64,000 bases of DNA from Leptogorgia sarmentosa (GCA_964658305.1 OZ210884.1:3782001-3846000), one strand, 5' to 3'; counted from the stretch's first letter, positions 29,501 to 59,937 are shown. Program-made: numbers and translations. Notes: a model not told the origin generated them from the letters alone.

Positions 29501-31105
29501 GCGGGCGCCGTGGTTATGCATGATTTCTGACGATGTATTTAAGAAATAGATAACGAGTCGCGTGCCATTATGCTGTTATAATGAACGAGGGAAATGTTGG
29601 GAGAATACGAGAGAATCGCGTAAAACACGAGGCGTAGCCGAGTGTTTTACGCGATTCTCGAGTATTCTCACAACATTTCCCTCGTTCATTATAACAGCAT
29701 AATGGCACGCGACTCGTTATCTATTTCTTAATTATAATATAAGTAGGGTAAAATCTGCAACGTGATTGGCTAATGAGCGCGCATTATAACAGCGTAATGC
29801 ACGCATCTGGCTATTAAATTTCTCCCGCGACTCTTTGGTTGGACAAAAAGACAATAAAAATACATATATACTAAAAATACATTAGCCAATCACGTTGCAG
29901 ATTTTACCCTACTTATATTATAAAACGGTATAGTGGTGATTGCGGCAAAATAATATCACCATATAGCAATTTGAAAAACATACGTATTTGCAAATCACTT
30001 GTAATTACTGTACCAGAAACTCCTTCAGATAGATTAGTTTTAAAACTCGGTTTTCATAGCTAAATTTTAGTTCGTTTCAGGGGTTTTTTAGGTAATAATC
30101 GTTTTTTTTTTCGTGACGTAAATAGGTGGACAAAAACAACGATGGTTTTGTATCTTATGACGAGTTCATTGGGGCAACGAAGGAACCTGATTACGAAAAA
30201 CCCGCGGGAAACTGGGACCCGATTGATGATGAAAAAGAGTATACTGATGAAGAATTCGAAGAATATGAGAAACATTTTGAAGATGATGATGATGAGGAAG
30301 AGGAGGAGGTAAGCGTGCATACTAGTCAAGCCCGTTTTCAGTTGACGATATTTTCGCGAGGACAAGCAAAAAGCGAATGCGATTGGTTGGTGATACCGTC
30401 ATTGTTTGTCGCCAGCCAATCAGTTTCCTTTTTCCTCTGTTCATGTTAACAAATGGGCCTGTGAAATTTGTAAAACAGGCTTCAGTGACGACCCTTGTAC
30501 ACTCAGCGTGTCTTCAAGTCTCCGTGAGTTGATGTCACAGAGACGAAAAGTGAGAATAGATCAACCAACACATCGCATGATTTGATTGCAATAGAATACT
30601 GGTATCATTCGACTAAATCTATTTAGGAGAATGATACTGGTAAACTAGTGTAAATACTGTAATTTTATTGACTACTCTAATTCGCTATCTTTCTATATCC
30701 ATCGATATAGATACAAAGAAGAAAAACAATTATTTTCCTGACGAATTTGTACTGATGTTTGTTCTATGAGTCTACGAAAACACATTAATTTTTACATTGC
30801 TCGCTTTCCATTTCTGAAATAGCGTCTACCGAAGAGAGATTTTGGTCGATTGGTGTAGTTTTGTTGCTCCAAACACTGAAATATTGAACACTCGTCCTCA
30901 TAAATACTTGACATAACAAACTTTTTATTATTTCCTTCTCATCTAGGCTGACCATGCAGGCAATGCGGAAACGCACAATGAAGCTCCCGCCACTCATGAC
31001 GAAACCGCTCCCAAGGATGCGGCTGCCCCTCACGTACCGCTGGCGCATTCGCCTGAGCAGGAAAAACTTGAACATGGCCAGAAGGCCCCCGAAACTAAGA
31101 AATAA
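23582..31105 (+). CDS. NUCB2: Nucleobindin (NUCB1/NUCB2 family), signal peptide plus EF-hands
   Basis: Exons 23582-24028, 26693-26881, 27476-27566, 28125-28183, 28836-28928, 30126-30308 and 30947-31105. Motifs [69 protein letters not shown] and [13 protein letters not shown]. Confidence 0.95.
28230..28670 (+). mobile_element. Interspersed repeat end (TTAA-GA..., Kolobok-like); an inverted copy lies at ~45045-45493
   Basis: TTAAGACGAAGATTTTCTGTATG...TTTCAAATTTTGACGTTTCTCA matches the reverse complement of 45290-45493, with further matching blocks to ~45045. The superfamily assignment is tentative. Confidence 0.7.
29539..29923. mobile_element. Double-hairpin non-autonomous element (Crypton-like) in NUCB intron 5
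   Basis: A near-perfect palindrome at 29539-29731 centred on GGCGTAGCC, abutted by a second inverted repeat at 29732-29923 with ~43-bp arms. Confidence 0.7.
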
Positions 31106-31660
31106 AATGTAAATAGAAAATGTATTCTACAATCAACGTACTCTAGGCCATTAATTGTGGCGGAATGTGTGAAATGAATAAATGCGTACTTCTTACAAGT
31201 TTTTGTATTTTTTGTGTATTTAAGAATTATGTATATTAATTCATATTTTAAAGCATCAAAGTTTGACAAGAATACATTTCGAAACAGCCAAAAGTGCGAA
31301 TTGTCCACTTAAAGCATCTAACCTGAACTGCTTATAGTGGACCAAATTGTAACTCAATTTAACTTCCAAGGTTAAATAAAAAGGTGAAGAAAGGTTTTGC
31401 TACTATGCAGCTAGTAACTCGTACTCAGGTTAATACGCTAATGGCATAACCATCCCAATGATCTATGTCCTACCGAACCAATCGGGCTGTCAATTGATAC
31501 TTCGCTCACTAATTCGATATATTTATCGTTGGTTTATCAGGAAAATAAGATCTTCCCCCATTCTGCATGATTATGGAAGGGAAATAAAAAACGAACAAAA
31601 ATTACTCAAACACAATTTGTACGAACATGTAGTTATTTATTGAAGCTTACAACATGCAGT

Positions 31661-34398
<2,738 letters not shown>

Positions 34399-36030
34399 CT
34401 CGTCATGGTATGAATGAACTTTAAATAGACCCGCTGTTCTTGACTTCAACACAACGCGCAGAAATTTGATATCCGTTCAATAACATTAATAATTACTTAT
34501 TACTCCGCCTGCGTGGGCCTAGTAATCAGCGATTAATTAAACTCGCGTTCTCGTCTTAAAATTAAAACTCGCACGAGTTTAATAGTTTAATTAATGACTC
34601 AAACGACAGAATTACAAATAGCCATATAAATTTTCGCAAGCAACAAAGCAAGTTTTCGTAAAGGCCGATTTACACTGTACAACGTTTGCTTACAACCAGG
34701 GGCGGATCAAGCTCGCGCGGGGCCCCTGGCACAAACATTGGTTGGGCCCTTGGCTGATTACTTGGCTGATTACCCCCACTTCCCCCTACCCCGCCACGCA
34801 CTGTAAAATATCGGAGAAATTTTCTAACCAAAATAGTGCCATTCACAAATAACGTTTCTAACCAAAATGTTTTGCAAAAAGGAACTTTTTTAGCCTTTCC
34901 AGAAACAAAACTATTTGCCGGTGTTAATACAGAGCTTTAGATTGGCGACGGCTACGAAATCTAGTACGAATATCTACCGGATGATATTTTCGCAAATCGC
35001 AATAATTACAATTGTGCATTGTTTCAAGTTTCAACTGGACCTGGCCTTTGTTAAAAAGATGCAGAATGTAAATAAAAAGACGATTAGACGTTTGGGGTTG
35101 CAAATATTCGAAGGAAAAAACGCCGTAGCCGTACTAGATTCCGCGGCCGTCGCCGAAAAAGCAAAAGGCGAATGTGATTGGATGGTGATGACGTCAGTGT
35201 TTGTCACCAGCCAATCAAATTCGTTTTTCCTCTGTTCGCACGAACAAAATCGCCTAGTGGAAAACAGGCTTAATATGAGAACCCAGAAACACAATTTACA
35301 GGCGTGAATTACTTTCATTTCTTATCGATTGTTCCATAATGAATCCGATAAAAAAATCAGGGTTAGTTTACACGATACCCCATGCTGTTATTACTGAAAA
35401 CTATTTCCATGAATAAAGCCCCATTTACGCAACCAAATTTTCTTTAACAAATTTCGAGTGTCAAATGCAGTTTTCAGGCCACTTTACACAAGCAATTTTT
35501 AGTGCGATTTTTTCCTTTTGATAAAGGTGAACGAGTGGATTAATGAAAACCATTGTATAAATGCATGAAAATGTTCCTGGATTATATATTATTCCTGATA
35601 TAGAATGCGTCCTCACCAGAACAATGAGACATTTGTCACTGCATGGCTTACTCGTTCACATCGGTTGAAAGGAGAAAATCGCATTAGGAATCGCAGCGAA
35701 ATCTCTTGTGTAAACTACGGGCCTTTTCAGGAAACGCATTTGTCAAAATCAATTTTACGAAAATTACAGATATACACATGAAATTTTTCAAGGAAAATTT
35801 GGGCGGTAAATAGGCGATTGTTCGCATAGAATCATGCAAACAAACGAAGGGTGTATCTTGGGTCGCCTATACGTTACGTTTACGCCAATATGGACAGTGT
35901 TAACAAATTCTTCGCTCAATACGTCTTTCGCGTACATGATATAAAACTTCACAATTCACTCTGCTTGTTCATTAAAACTCCATATCCAATGCCATTCTAA
36001 TACATAGTGTTTTTCATCTGTAACATTCTC

Positions 36031-43500
<7,470 letters not shown>

Positions 43501-44590
43501 TTTACGATCACAATTTGTGTATTTCGAACGTCTTTTACTTGTTGTTCTTGATCTACCTTGTATTCGTGGCTGTTTTTGAATACATCCGCTGACCATAAAA
43601 ACAGGCGTAAATAGAACGATCTCTGATCTCAATTTGTTAATGGATTGACAAACATAATACATGTTACATTTCTTCTATTCACTTTTCCTGAAATTAATAT
43701 CACCGCTGTATGAATTGAAATTTCCTTTCATATAGGATGGTTGTATTATAGTTTTTAAAGGATAAAAGAGTTCAGCCCTTTTAAACGACTAAATTTTCTT
43801 TTACGAACTTCATGTGCAACGGCATTTGCCCAAAATCTAACAACCCTGGATTGATGTACAAATTCCTCATCTTTACGCGGAAATACATATGAATGACCAT
43901 TCTTTCGGTATAAAATGGTTCTCTTATAGTTTTAACACAAAAACAGTTCAATCGCGTTTACACGACCAAGTTTTCTCTGGCAAATGCATTTGCTCAAAAT
44001 GTAATCACCAAATCCCGCATCCCGTCTTAATTTTTGGCTCATTCCGCCATCCCGCAAAACTTCTACAGGCCCCTCCTCAAGGAATGGAATACGGACTTAA
44101 TTCCTATTTCCCAATCAGTAATGTTCATGGCAGTGCCTAGACAGGCTAGTATGTAAGAGGGGATTTTGAAAATGGAGTCGTGTGGTAAAATGACGCGAAA
44201 ATAGATTTGCAACAAGTTTGCGACCGGTGCAAGGTGGTCATTGCCGTAATTGCTTAATTGCATCAAATTTGCCATTGTGCGAATTTTGTGCAAAGTTGGA
44301 AAGAAAATTCGTAAATAAATATGTTCGGAAGTACATTATGATTATATTGTTCATGTTCATGTTCACGTGGCAGCGATGGTGCAATTCACCATAGATGACC
44401 CAGTGACCCCTGTGCTGCTGATTCATCTTTATGAAATATTGACACGTCATTCGGTCATAGACAATTACGCAATACCATATGATCATGGTCCAAATCATAA
44501 TTGCAAATATTCATTTCAAACGACAAGCCGCGTGTAGTACAAACAACGGTGACTGAGTGAAATTTTGTATTGCCTGATCGAGCTAGAAAG

Positions 44591-50606
<6,016 letters not shown>

Positions 50607-52188
50607 AAACTCTACATTTTTAATGAACATATATGATATTATATAGAGCTGATTCAATTTGAAAATCGGGTTGATTTTGTAATGAGTAATAAGTACAGTC
50701 AGTGCAATTATACTTGCTGGATAACTTTTCATAATTATTGAGTTTGTATACCGAGAAAATAATCACTATATATAAGTCATAGTATCTCTATATATGGTTA
50801 GGGGTAGAATGGGTTGGGGTTGGGGCTAGGGCTATAGAGATTATATAAGTTTCAGGATTGTTAGTACGGAGCTTAAACGACTGCTTTCCCGTTTCGCATT
50901 TGTTTTTCACCATTAAAATCTATCTAAATTTTATTCAATTACTATAATTACGTTATTTAACAATTAGATTACGAGCTCGAGATTTCTATGAGGTGATAGT
51001 TGATGAGGGCGAAGAATCAGAGATCAAACATGAAAATATTGCAAAAAATAATTTAAAAACGCGTCTCAGAAGACATTTTCTTGAACGAAAATTCACATAT
51101 TTTGCTACTCGCTATATCTATCGAGGAATAGATATCGAGTAGAGTAGCCAATCAAAATGCAGCATTTGCAATAGTATACGAGTATGATTCTACTAATAAC
51201 GAATAGACATCAAATCGTACATCAAGTTGTATTCTGTCTTTTTAATGCAACTAGTCATTACAGGGCGAAAAAACAGATTTGCAATATATTTGCACGCTTG
51301 CAAATTATTTGTTAATTCGATAACTAAGGGCCTGTTAACGTTTATATAATCCCACTTACCAGAGTTAAATAACGCGTAAAATGATTTTGAGTTATTGAAA
51401 CGAGTCATATAGTTTATGATTTGAATATGTTAAACTGGCAGGTTGCTCAACATTTTGTGCCGCTAAAATATCAAACAGTCATCAAAACAATCATCCTATA
51501 ATATAACCTAGCTCTGTTCACTGAATCCCTAGTACAGTCCCGCACAATATTCTCTGGTTGTCTCATAAAATTATTTCAAAAAGTGAAGGCACGCCATTGT
51601 ACTGAATATATAATGATTGAATTACTCAGTTTAGCCGACAAAAAACGTTTATTTGGATTTTGGATTGTACAATTGTAATCCCAAGCGGTCATTCCAACCT
51701 GTCATTCATTTGAACTTTGGCTGGAGTGGGTAACGAGTAACGACCTTCTAGATCTTGCAAATCTCGAATCTTCTAGATCTTGCATCGTTTCCGGTGGTTT
51801 TTCTTGGTAATGCGTCTTCCAGGAAAAAGGTAATATAATATTATACACCCTTCCTGAATGTAATAAGTCAGACAAATCGAAAGCGAAAATGAACGCTATT
51901 AATTTTGATATAGGCTTATTTATCTTTATTTTTGTAAAAATCTGAGCAAAGATGGAGGCCAGAAAAAGTCAAATTTTGTCAGGTATTGTGTCATTGTTGA
52001 CTGCAGCAATAGTGCAGTTCTTCCTGTAGCTACTAACAAGGCTTAGCCATTCAGCCTCGATTTCGAGTTCGGCCTTAACGCATGCTTGCGGAAGTCTGTA
52101 TTTATTTTACTATACCAGCCTCTCATTCGGCCATCATTTGCCAGTACCTTGATTATTTGCACCGTGTTGCCCGAATCATGAAGTAAAA

Positions 52189-54771
52189 ATGCCACAGTTT
52201 TCTACATGTTGGCGTTGTGGCAAATCTTCGGCAAAAGTGGTTTGCCGATCATGTGAGGTCGCGAAATACTGCAGTAACAAGTGCAGGAAGAATGATGTCG
52301 CAAGGCATACTGACGCCGAATGTCGACCAGTATCTTTGATGAATACATGCTCATCGTGTCGTAAGGAAGGTCCATCGCTACGGAAGTGTACTGGCTGTTA
52401 CCGTGCCTTTTACTGTGACGCTACATGTCAAAAAAATCATCGACGTCAACACAAAGACGAGTGCAGACGTATCGAAGAAAAAATAAAATCACTGGCTTTG
52501 AAGTTTAAATCCTTTTTTGATGTTAATTGTAGGGATCATCATTACTGGGGCACTGTACCAGCGTTCGATTACCTGAACTTGTCAGAAAACGAAGGCCTCG
52601 ATTATAATCCACCCGGTAGTATGAATATCCTCGATCTTGGGGTTGGTGATATACGAAATATCGTGCTTACTTGCGCCTCATTGCCTGAGAAGTTTACCAG
52701 CAAGGTCAAGTTTACATTAAATGACAGAGACAGATGTGTCCTGGCAAGACTGATTTTATTTCTTTACATGCTGATCAAATGTAAGTTTTTGACTTATTTT
52801 GATAGATTTAATGCCTTAAGGCCCTGTTACACCATACAATTTTTCTTGCAACTTTCAACGCAATTCTGCTTTTGAGACATGTAAATTAGTGAAGACTGTT
52901 TGATTTGTAAAGAATTCATTAGGAAAATCTGATGAAGACTCGTGCTTGCCAATTTCACATCTCTTGACAGTAGAATTGCGATGCAAGTTACAAGAAAAAT
53001 TGCATCGTGTAACAGGGGGTTGCATTTTCGCACGTAATTATCAACACATTTTCCAGTACTGTCCTAATACCATCATAGAATATTTATTGCATGTATAATT
53101 TGTGGTCTTTTTGTGTTAGGCGATTCAAACGCTATTGTTTGCGTTACTGAAATTTGGTACTCATCGTTACTAAGTGAGAAAACGTACAACTACCTGTGTG
53201 CATCCCTTGAGGAACTTCTTTTGCACAAAAATGCCGCAGACTTCACGTCTTCAACAAATGGGCTAATCGGTATGGATAGCGCCCACTTCCGAGAGATGCA
53301 GTACGTCTGGAAGCAATGGCTTGACCTGAAAGTTGTTGGTACATCAAACATTCGAGGGCAACGCAATGCACTGATCAGATCATATCCAAATAGTTCGATA
53401 GGTTGGGACATTTACTACAGGTCGATTCCAAAAGAGCACGTCCCTTCCGCTATGGAGTATATGGAAGATGGCGTCTTCCAATGCACAGAAATGTGTACAT
53501 TCGCAGAAAATCCTACACTGACCGGTCATCCTACTCAGGACGAAGGTGGAACATTCAGTTACTGCATACCAGCTGACGGTTTGCCATTTAAAATGTGAAG
53601 AAAATTCGGGCACAGTGAATCACTCGTCTCTATGTATGCAAACTACATCAGGTCCAAATTAACTGCATTCATGGAAAAGCTGTCTTCCAAACAAGTTAGC
53701 TTTGACATTGTTCTGGGAGATTGCATGAAGATAGATAAGAACCTAAACGAAGAAGAGAAATATGACAGGATTTTAACTTCTAATCTCATGGACTATATCC
53801 TTCTTCCGAAATTGTTAAGGTATGTCGCATCGCTTAGATTAGCTCTTTCTTTTTATTAGACTCACTTCGCCTTGTAACTACGCTAAACCTGATTCAAAAT
53901 GCCTCTATCAGTTGCAACAAATTTGACGTTTAAATTTATAAACCTAATTGTAAACCTGACCTGAAAAATCGTAATTAGTAAAAGACTTCATTATTAAAAG
54001 AAATTTCTGTACAGTTCGAAATGAACGTCTGTTTCATTTGCTGCCCTAAAAGATCACATCTTATGAAGTAGCTAGTGAGCGCACTTGTCTTTCGATTTAA
54101 CTATAAGGTGGCAGGTTCAACATTGTCGTAGCCAGAAGGACAACGGGGGGGAGGGAGGGGGGGGGTTAATACATGACTATAAGAATATGCCCCCCCCCCC
54201 AATTATCGTTCTGGCTACGCAATAAGGAATTCCAGATATCCATATATTTTATACACTATCTATAATGAGCTCGAGTGTATTCCAACGTATAGATTTTTAT
54301 TTCAGGGCCTATTCAGTCAAGCTTAATCGAAATAATCCATTCGCTACACTGGTGACCGTTTGCCAAAATTGGATAAATTTTTGTCCAAAAGCCAATGTGT
54401 ACAGCAGAGAATGTTTGACATCGGGAGAGTGGGCATACCTTGGTGGAATTGCGTTGCAGGACACAGATAATCCAGTTTTGGCTAAAAGTGGTGGACTAGC
54501 TTTCACAGAGTACAGAGATAATTCTCATGAATTTCAAGATTACCTTCGTGCGTTATTTCACGGGTATCATAAGCGACGTGAACCGGGAGAGTCTAGCCCG
54601 TCAACTGGCTTACCAAGTTTGAAGCAACTGGGGAATGAATTTCAGCTACGATTACGCGACGGCCTCCGAAATGAAAACAGGATTGTTTTCTTTAGACAAG
54701 CGGTTAATCGGCGAAGGGTTACAGTGGTGTCTGGCCAAGAGCGTTATATGGAGTGGATTGCTAATGAATAA
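52189..54771 (+). pseudogene. Double MYND zinc finger plus DUF4470-like (DNAAF3-related) protein with an in-frame TGA
   Basis: Exons 52189-52780, 53120-53819 and 54306-54771 are in phase. Two MYND motifs (YCSNKCRKND..H; CTGCYRAFYCDATCQKNH..HK.EC), YWGTVPAFDYLNL, LDLGVGDIRNIV and YDRILTSNLMDY. TGA at 53596-53598, with the same frame open downstream. Confidence 0.75.
52817..53019. mobile_element. Harbinger-type MITE in intron 1 of the MYND gene
   Basis: GGCCCTGTTACACCATACAATTTTTCTTGCAAC...GTTACAAGAAAAATTGCATCGTGTAACAGGGG inverted termini. Confidence 0.7.
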
Positions 54772-55824
54772 TGATGTGAAGGAATTTATTGAAATGGTTC
54801 TAACAAGCAAATAATATGAAAACATACTATATAAACAACTATAACAAGTAATGAAAGAAAATAGGGATTTTTGAAAGTTGTTCAAAACTTTAGTTCTGTT
54901 CTTTGACCATTCATAACTTAAGGGTTTCAAATTGAAAAATTAATGTTTAAAATATAAATGGTGTTGATTATTTGTACATTTGTGTTTTTCTGGCTGCCCT
55001 GGTTCTAATAAATGATTGAAAAAAAAACGCCAGAATGGTCAGACTCGCGTCTTATTTGAATTGCATCCTATGCAAGTTGCAAATTATTTTGTTTAGTATA
55101 AACGGCCCTGTTATATTGAAATAAAATTCCTGATTTCATTCAGGCAAAAAATGTTTGTATTTTGATGCGGACTGAGAAAATTACCGTCAGTTGATTGTGG
55201 ATGAAATTCAGTTGATATATACCCTAGTGAATCTAGGTTATTTTTTCATGACTCGCTCTGTATATAGGGCAGCAAATTCATCATTGCTCTCGATTTGAGG
55301 TAAAGACGTTCATTGCAGCAAAACACAAAATTAATGTATTGTTGCTATAAAAACGATACATATGAGATTTGGAGCGATTGAGCAAAAAGGTGAAAACTCC
55401 TACATTTTGACCTATTAAATAATTCCCTTAGTTCAATAAGCATGCATAGTTGTTGAACTTCAATTGTCGGCGGAACTTATGAATTGCGACTCCAAAATTT
55501 TTAATTGTCTGCGAATATAGCTCAAGGGCAGATGAACCCGCCAACTGTACGTATGTGCAAGAGGCGAAACCCTGCAGTACATGCAACGGCTAAAGTGAAT
55601 TAACATTAACAAAAGTTCAGGTGTGAAATATTTTATCTATCATATTTAATCGTATTGGATTGTGACTAAGGACCTTGCAGGAAATTTCGAATCTTCTTGC
55701 ATCGTTTCCGGCGGTTTTTCTTGGTAAAGCGTCTTCCAGGGAAAAGGTAACACACTTTAGATGTATATTTTAACAATCGTAACACCACTTTTAGACGGAA
55801 ACTGACTCTACCACACTGAGAAGG

Positions 55825-58800
55825 ATGGACTATTCCAAAGTTATTGGATCAATATTGTTTATATTCTTCTTTCTAAATGTCGCGGAATCAATTAAAGGTA
55901 TGTCCATGAACGATGTTGCATTTGTAGAATATAGACTGTATTCTTCCACGATATTGGTCATGTAAAGCATGGCGCTTTCTTGTCGCTATAATCTGTCGTT
56001 ATAATCTGTCTAATCAATCCCGCCAGATCAAGATGGGGACAAACACTCAGCTTTCGCAGTGTTATAACGGTCCTACTATTTTATGCCCGGGACTGAGAAA
56101 TAATTGAACACAGGAAATAAGTTAGAAAAAATTGTAAATAAATGAAATATATACGTATTCTTTCGATTATTCCTGAGCTAAACGTATTTTTTAAAAGGAA
56201 CTGGGCTAGACAATGTTGATTTTGAATTATGCGAGAGCGAACAGGTTTCTCTGAAACACTGCTAGTAAATTGGTGGTTGTCGTTGTGTTTTTTTTTTTAC
56301 ATAAAAATATAAATCAGAAGGTGAATAGAAACAAATAGCGAATAGTCATGCGGTGGCGGTGATTCGTGCATGACCAGCGTGTCTGGCAAGTACAAAATTT
56401 AATGCATGATTTAATACGGAACAAGACGCCCATCAGGCGTTCACTCGGGCTACATGAAGTTTATAAAATTAATGACGAACCCACTGGCAGTGCGCGTGGC
56501 ATGCACCATGAACCCACGCGTGAAACGATTCAACGAAGGTTTTCATTGGTTCAAAGACTTCGTGTCGCCCACGCGTGTTTTTTGCAAACTCGCGACCGAA
56601 AAAAAAATCGAAGCCCATTTTTAACTTTTCACACTTAGAGTAATTAGATAGGAAATGTCAAATAAACGACGATTTGAAGAAAACTTATACCGCAAGATTG
56701 CCTTGGTTCGCAGATATTTATAAAAACAAGTTGTCCTTTATATTTCAAGCAATAAATTAGCTTATGTTTTTGTCCTTGTCGCTTAAAAAACGGCGAAAAC
56801 CATTTTTCCGTAATACATTTGTATTGAAAATCGAACAAATGTACTTGCCAGAAATCCGTGTTGACATGACGTAATGCGTAGGACAGCAAAATCGTAGGCA
56901 AATATCCCGAGTTGCACATCTATGTATCCTTAATCTATGGTACAATCTAGGTGATCTCGGAAGTTTTTGTTAGGGTTTAGGACCTAGTTAGGACATCACA
57001 ACACGAACATTTTTTGTGTTGGCATTTTGGCATTGTATCACTTATACAAAGCACGAAAAATTCGAATAGTAACTACCCCATTTTGGCTGCTCTAACTAAC
57101 CCTAGGTAGTAATCATGGACCACAAATATTTCTTTTTCTTTTTTAGCTAACTGCACAGCTGTGAAAACCTGTCAATCGTGCTTAAGTTATAATGAAACAA
57201 ATGTAAGTACAGGTACCGGTACCCTTGCCACTTAGCATGTCTGGTGCTTTGGACTGGATTAAAAACCTATATAGTTTACACTACTTTGCCTTACAGACCC
57301 CATTTTTGAAACCATAAATATATAATGTTTCACAGCGTATTACCAATGACAACTGTTAACATGTGTATTGTAATAAATGTAGTGTTTTTGGTGTTCATCC
57401 ACTGAAGAATGCATGAAGAAAGATGGGATTCTTCCAAAAGGATGTAAATCAATTGACTGGAGATATTATGATAACTGTTCAGGTACTTTTTAAACAGCAG
57501 TTGCCCTAACACGTAGTTCTCCTTAAAGCTACAGTATGATTGAGTGTTTATGAAGACGGGTTTTTGATGAGAAAAGACTATGCAATATGCATTCTATATC
57601 TATTATTTCAATCAGGAATACACAAACATGAAAATAATTATAAGGTAGAATTTCAAATAAATTCAGCATATAGCTAGTTTTGTATTTTTCGAGAAGCTAC
57701 TAATGAAAAATTGCACGCGTGTTTGGCGAAATACCGCGAGGGCGAACAAGTGTAATTTCCTTTTAATATCATTGTAGTCAATTTCAGTGCAATTTCAATA
57801 TCAAACAAATCAAAACCCATCGTAAATTTATACGAAAAACAAAAATTTTTCTGTAGTTTTACTTGTTTTTAAATTTACCGCTCGCATATCGCGGGCTCGA
57901 AGTGTGGTATTTGAAAAATTAACTACACACTTGTGTAATTAATGTTTAATTCGCACAGTTGTTGAAGCTTTTTAGCCAATCAGCGTCCAGGAATTTGCTA
58001 CAATTATATTAGTCCTGAATATCACAACAATGTTTGAGGAAGATTGTCACAATACAGATGTTACATATCTATATTTAAAGTTCCCATAATTTCCATTTTT
58101 TTTCAGTGCCAGGCTATATATGGGTGATTGTGCTACCTGTCGTGGGCTTTATTATTTTTATTACTCTGGGTATTTTGTTTTATTGTTGCTGCTGCAGAAT
58201 TGAAACAAGCAAAAGAGGGTAAACATTTTATGCACACTACTTTATAATGAGACTGACACTTGCAGTGGCGTAGCCAGAGTCCCAACGTTGGGATGGCAAC
58301 ATGCACATACCAAGGGTGTGAGTCCTTATTGGGAGATACAATTAGGACATGCTCCTCCAATAAAATTTTGTCCAAAGTTTCTCAATGGTGATTTTCTGTG
58401 TTACTGATGTGCAACTGATTTTTAGCTGAATTTGAGCTTTTCACAAAAGTGGTCTTTCAGATCATTGGACCACTGACACCTTGCATATAAATATACAGGA
58501 TGTTGTGTTGGTTCATTTTCGTAGCCTTTGGACATAAAGCGGTTCAAAGTATTTTCTTTCTCGCAAAGACTGAATCTTGCATGCACATGCATATATTTCT
58601 TTGAACTTGCTCCCTTTTTAACTTGATGTTGTATAACAGGGTATGGTTACAGTTAAGATTGAACGGTTGAAGCAATGAAATGAACGCATTTTTTTCTTAC
58701 CTGTCTTTTACCCCCCAGTCCTAGTTCAAGATCGATCTGAGGTCGGTTTCATATGCTAATTTACCGTTACGCAATTACAGAGCGAAAAATGAGGAAACAA

Positions 58801-59474
58801 AGTTTCATTGCGAAAGAATTGAATTAAATAATCAAGTCGTTTTAACTCAGGTAGTTGGAGCCGTTGTTTATCTATATTTACCATTGTTTATCTATATTTA
58901 CCATTTGTTTATCTATATTTACGGTTTACCATTGTTTATTTATATTTATCCTTGTCTCAACTCACAACCAATTTGTATCCACGTAACGCGCGTACAATTG
59001 ACCATAGAAAAAAAGATGTCATCTGCATTTTACCACAATGCATTGCGGCCTGAAATAGATTGAAAAAGCAGATTTAAAACATCTTTTGAAGAACGGACAG
59101 AAGACATAAGTTATTTTCTCATTGGTTTTGAAATTTTTATCCATTAGCTATATACGTCTTGTAACATTATTTCAGCTATACGTATTTAATACCCGCAATG
59201 CATTCTGGTAAAATGTACATCCCGCTTTTTTTCTCTTAATAATTGTGTCAATTTATAGACGAGCTGAACGAAAATTAAGGACAGATGAAGTTCGAGGAAA
59301 ATATGGTAAGAGATGAATTCACTGAAATGTGGCTTTAAGGCGTATAGTTAGCAGTGCAATCACAATGATGCCAAAGTATACACTCAAATATATCGATGAA
59401 CTTGCTATTTGAAGAAGTTCAAAACGTCCAATTATGACTGATTTTTTCTTTCAGGCAATGTTTGGATGTTCTGA
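55825..59474 (+). CDS. PTTG1IP: PTTG1-interacting protein-like (signal peptide, PSI domain, TM, Cys cluster, basic tail)
   Basis: Exons 55825-55897, 57147-57202, 57383-57482, 58107-58218, 59258-59305 and 59455-59474. NCTAVKTCQSCL...CFWCSSTEEC...C...W...C, a TM ending YCCCCR, then RAERKLRTDEVRGKYG. The 3' exons are less certain. Confidence 0.75.
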
Positions 59475-59569
59475 TATTTGAACAATTAGCTAAACGTAAA
59501 GTGATTTTTTTAATATTTTTACCTACTTAATTTTTGGACCTGGAACTGGTCCCCAAACGCTGCTAATCT

Positions 59570-59608
59570 TGTCGTTGTTGTTGTTGTTGTTGTTTTTGTT
59601 GTTGTTGT
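59570..59608 (+). repeat. (GTT)n microsatellite
   Basis: A run of GTT triplets is visible directly. Confidence 0.9.
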
Positions 59609-59937
59609 TAGGGGCTGATGCCTCTTTGAAAAACCCTAAGGCTCCGTCAATTCGCAAGAGACTGCCGTGAAACTTCACACATTCTAAGGGATATTCCCCA
59701 TCGACTGACGGAGTTAGATTTTTGACTTTTTGTCACACCACACAACTTTTGTCGGATGTCAACTTTTTATGTAATTTAATTGTTTTACGCAGTAATTTCG
59801 CAGTGTAATTAAACTAAGTTAGTTTTAACGATTGTTACCACAATAAATGGTAACAGGAATATTGTTGGAAATTGAAACAAACTTTGTACTTCAAACCTAT
59901 CTCAGTTTTTTACGAGTGTATTTAAAAGTTAGATGTT

